Shown here one piece after another: positions 62,319-64,000 of a DNA stretch of 64,000 nucleotides. Under the pieces are notes generated by a model. It worked only from the letters and a program-made list of their open reading frames with translations. It searched no databases and was not told the DNA's origin. The translations under genes were made by a program, and so were the position numbers. The first letter of the stretch is position 1, and each line of letters begins with the position of its first letter. The stretch spans positions 70,860-134,859 of the forward strand of contig CAVPKM010000018.1 in NCBI GenBank assembly GCA_963705725.1, given 5' to 3'. This DNA comes from an uncultured Gammaproteobacteria bacterium. Lineage in GTDB: Bacteria; Pseudomonadota; Gammaproteobacteria; UBA6002.

Positions 62319-64000
62319 TTAACTGATAACACATGCAGTAGGCTTGTCTTCTTCATAATTATTTGATAATGAAAAGAACATTTTTGTTAGATAGATGGTT
62401 TTTGGGTGATCAGGCCAAATTCCATAACCTTTATTATCATAATATTCCTGGCCTTTATCTATATCAGTTTCTAAGCCTAGAAACTTCATAAAAAGATTCC
62501 GATGCATATCACTAGGAAATACGACTGCGATTTCTTCTCCATCATTAGCTAAATAAGTTCCTATATCCTCAACGCCAGTTGATTGTTTAATCGAGATTGT
62601 TTTGCCATCTCTAGAAAGAGATAACAACCCAGGGATATGAAAATTAAAAAAACTATAAAGCCTGATAATCTGATCGGTATGAGCGGATTGACTGGAGATA
62701 CCAACATCGCAAGTGACAAAATTGCTTTTGAATAAATAAGATTCCGTAGGAAGTTCCCATGGCGTGAGGATACGAAGAGCTGAATGCTTTAAAGGTCGGG
62801 CTTTTTGGATAGCAGAATCAGAACAAAGGGTGGAAGCTGGAATGGAGGTAGGCGATGGGCTATTGATTTCTGTTGTTAAAAAATTAAGGTCGTTGTTGGT
62901 CATAAAGTTTAAAAATACGTGAAGGTTTATAGCTGAAATGATGTGATGAAATGGTGAGAATTGTAATTCAGTGTACAGTCTAAAAATGTCATAAAGTATC
63001 TCGATTGGAACCATAGAAAGTGTTGATTTTTGATTATAATAACCTTTAAAAAAAGAAGTGACTTTTGACAATACTCAGATCGATTGATTTTAGCTACTAA
63101 GTTCTTAATCTCCTCAATTAACTCAAGACCGATTTGGTTGTTCCCAAGCTCAATACTTAACTCAGAGAAACGACAATTTCTAGATGCTAATGCTTTTACT
63201 AATACGTATGCGCCTTCCCTACTTATCCTATTAAAATTAAGATTTATGCTGAACTTAGAGGGACTATTTCAGATATTAAAAAGGTTGCTAAGTGTTTCAG
63301 GCCCTCATCGCCAAGCTGATTACCCCAAAGATTAAGACTTAAATGATCAAAACAGTTTCCAGAAGAGATAGCATTGAAGATGAGATTAACCCCAGCTGCA
63401 TGAATGCCACTATTCCGAAGATTAAGATGCAAATTGCTCGGACAATTTTGTGATGCTAGCGCCTTGGCTAGTGCTTGCATACCTTCGAGGCCACTTGTAT
63501 TATTTCCGAGATCAAGGCTTAATGTAGAAAGACAGTTTTCAGAAGCCAACGCTTGTGCAAATGCTGTTACGCCCTCAGCTTCGAGCTTATTATGCCCAAG
63601 ACTAAGCCTCACTTTAGCGGGGCATTCTTTAGATGAGAGGGCATTTGCTAACGCGATTGCGCCTTGGTCACTAATTTTATTATCCCAAAGATCTATACTC
63701 AAATCTGCAGAACAGCTTCCAGAACTAAGCACTTTAGCGAATGCTATAGCCACTTCATCACCCAGTCCATTTTGTGTAAGACTCAGCTTTTTGCATTTTC
63801 CGAATCTAAGTGCGCTTGCTAGCGCTATGGCGCCTTCTTGAGTCATAAGAGTGTTGGACAAGCCTATAATCAAGCCTGGAGAACAGGTTTCCTTGCTCAT
63901 TGCTTGGACCAATTTCATTATATCACAATCCTGGATTCCCAAATGATCATGAAAATTAACCTGCAAATTAGCCGGGCATTTCCCCGATTCAAGTGCTTTT
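62319..64000 (-). pseudogene. RNI-like LRR + F-box-like + CaaX (CVIS) effector, frameshifted, starts beyond window
   Basis: LxLxxNxIxxxG repeats in 63244-64000; 1-nt shifts near 63268 and 63075 link them to ORF 62319-63071 (LSMVPIEILYDIF; ends ACVIS*). Confidence 0.6.

Overview
AT-rich gammaproteobacterial chromosome segment. Gene order and effector content suggest a Legionellales (Coxiellaceae/Rickettsiella-like) intracellular bacterium; this is inference from sequence only. (1) 1-27,790 is a decaying accessory island directly 3' of tRNA-Arg(ACG). It holds orphan polymorphic-toxin tips and immunity-like genes interleaved with traA relaxase ends, two inverted defective IS3 copies, an AbiE-type TA pair, a eukaryote-like serine dehydratase and an OspF/SpvC-like phosphothreonine-lyase protein. 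It also holds a ~4.9-kb tandemly duplicated module of U-box proteins plus F-box/RCC1/CCVM proteins, and a 171-bp structured tandem repeat that mirrors the tRNA-Arg 3' end and is interrupted by an intact IS66 with an 8-bp TSD. (2) 27,839-62,287 is mostly conserved core: tRNAs, csrA, lysC, alaS, recX, recA, mutS, rluB, scpBA, purC, bamC, dapA, a riboflavin operon, lpxK, msbA, comEC, lolDE, pgsA, a frameshifted uvrC, uvrY/letA, yccA and an L,D-transpeptidase. The window ends in a broken LRR/F-box-like/CaaX effector gene. All family assignments come from motif recognition by eye, not database searches.
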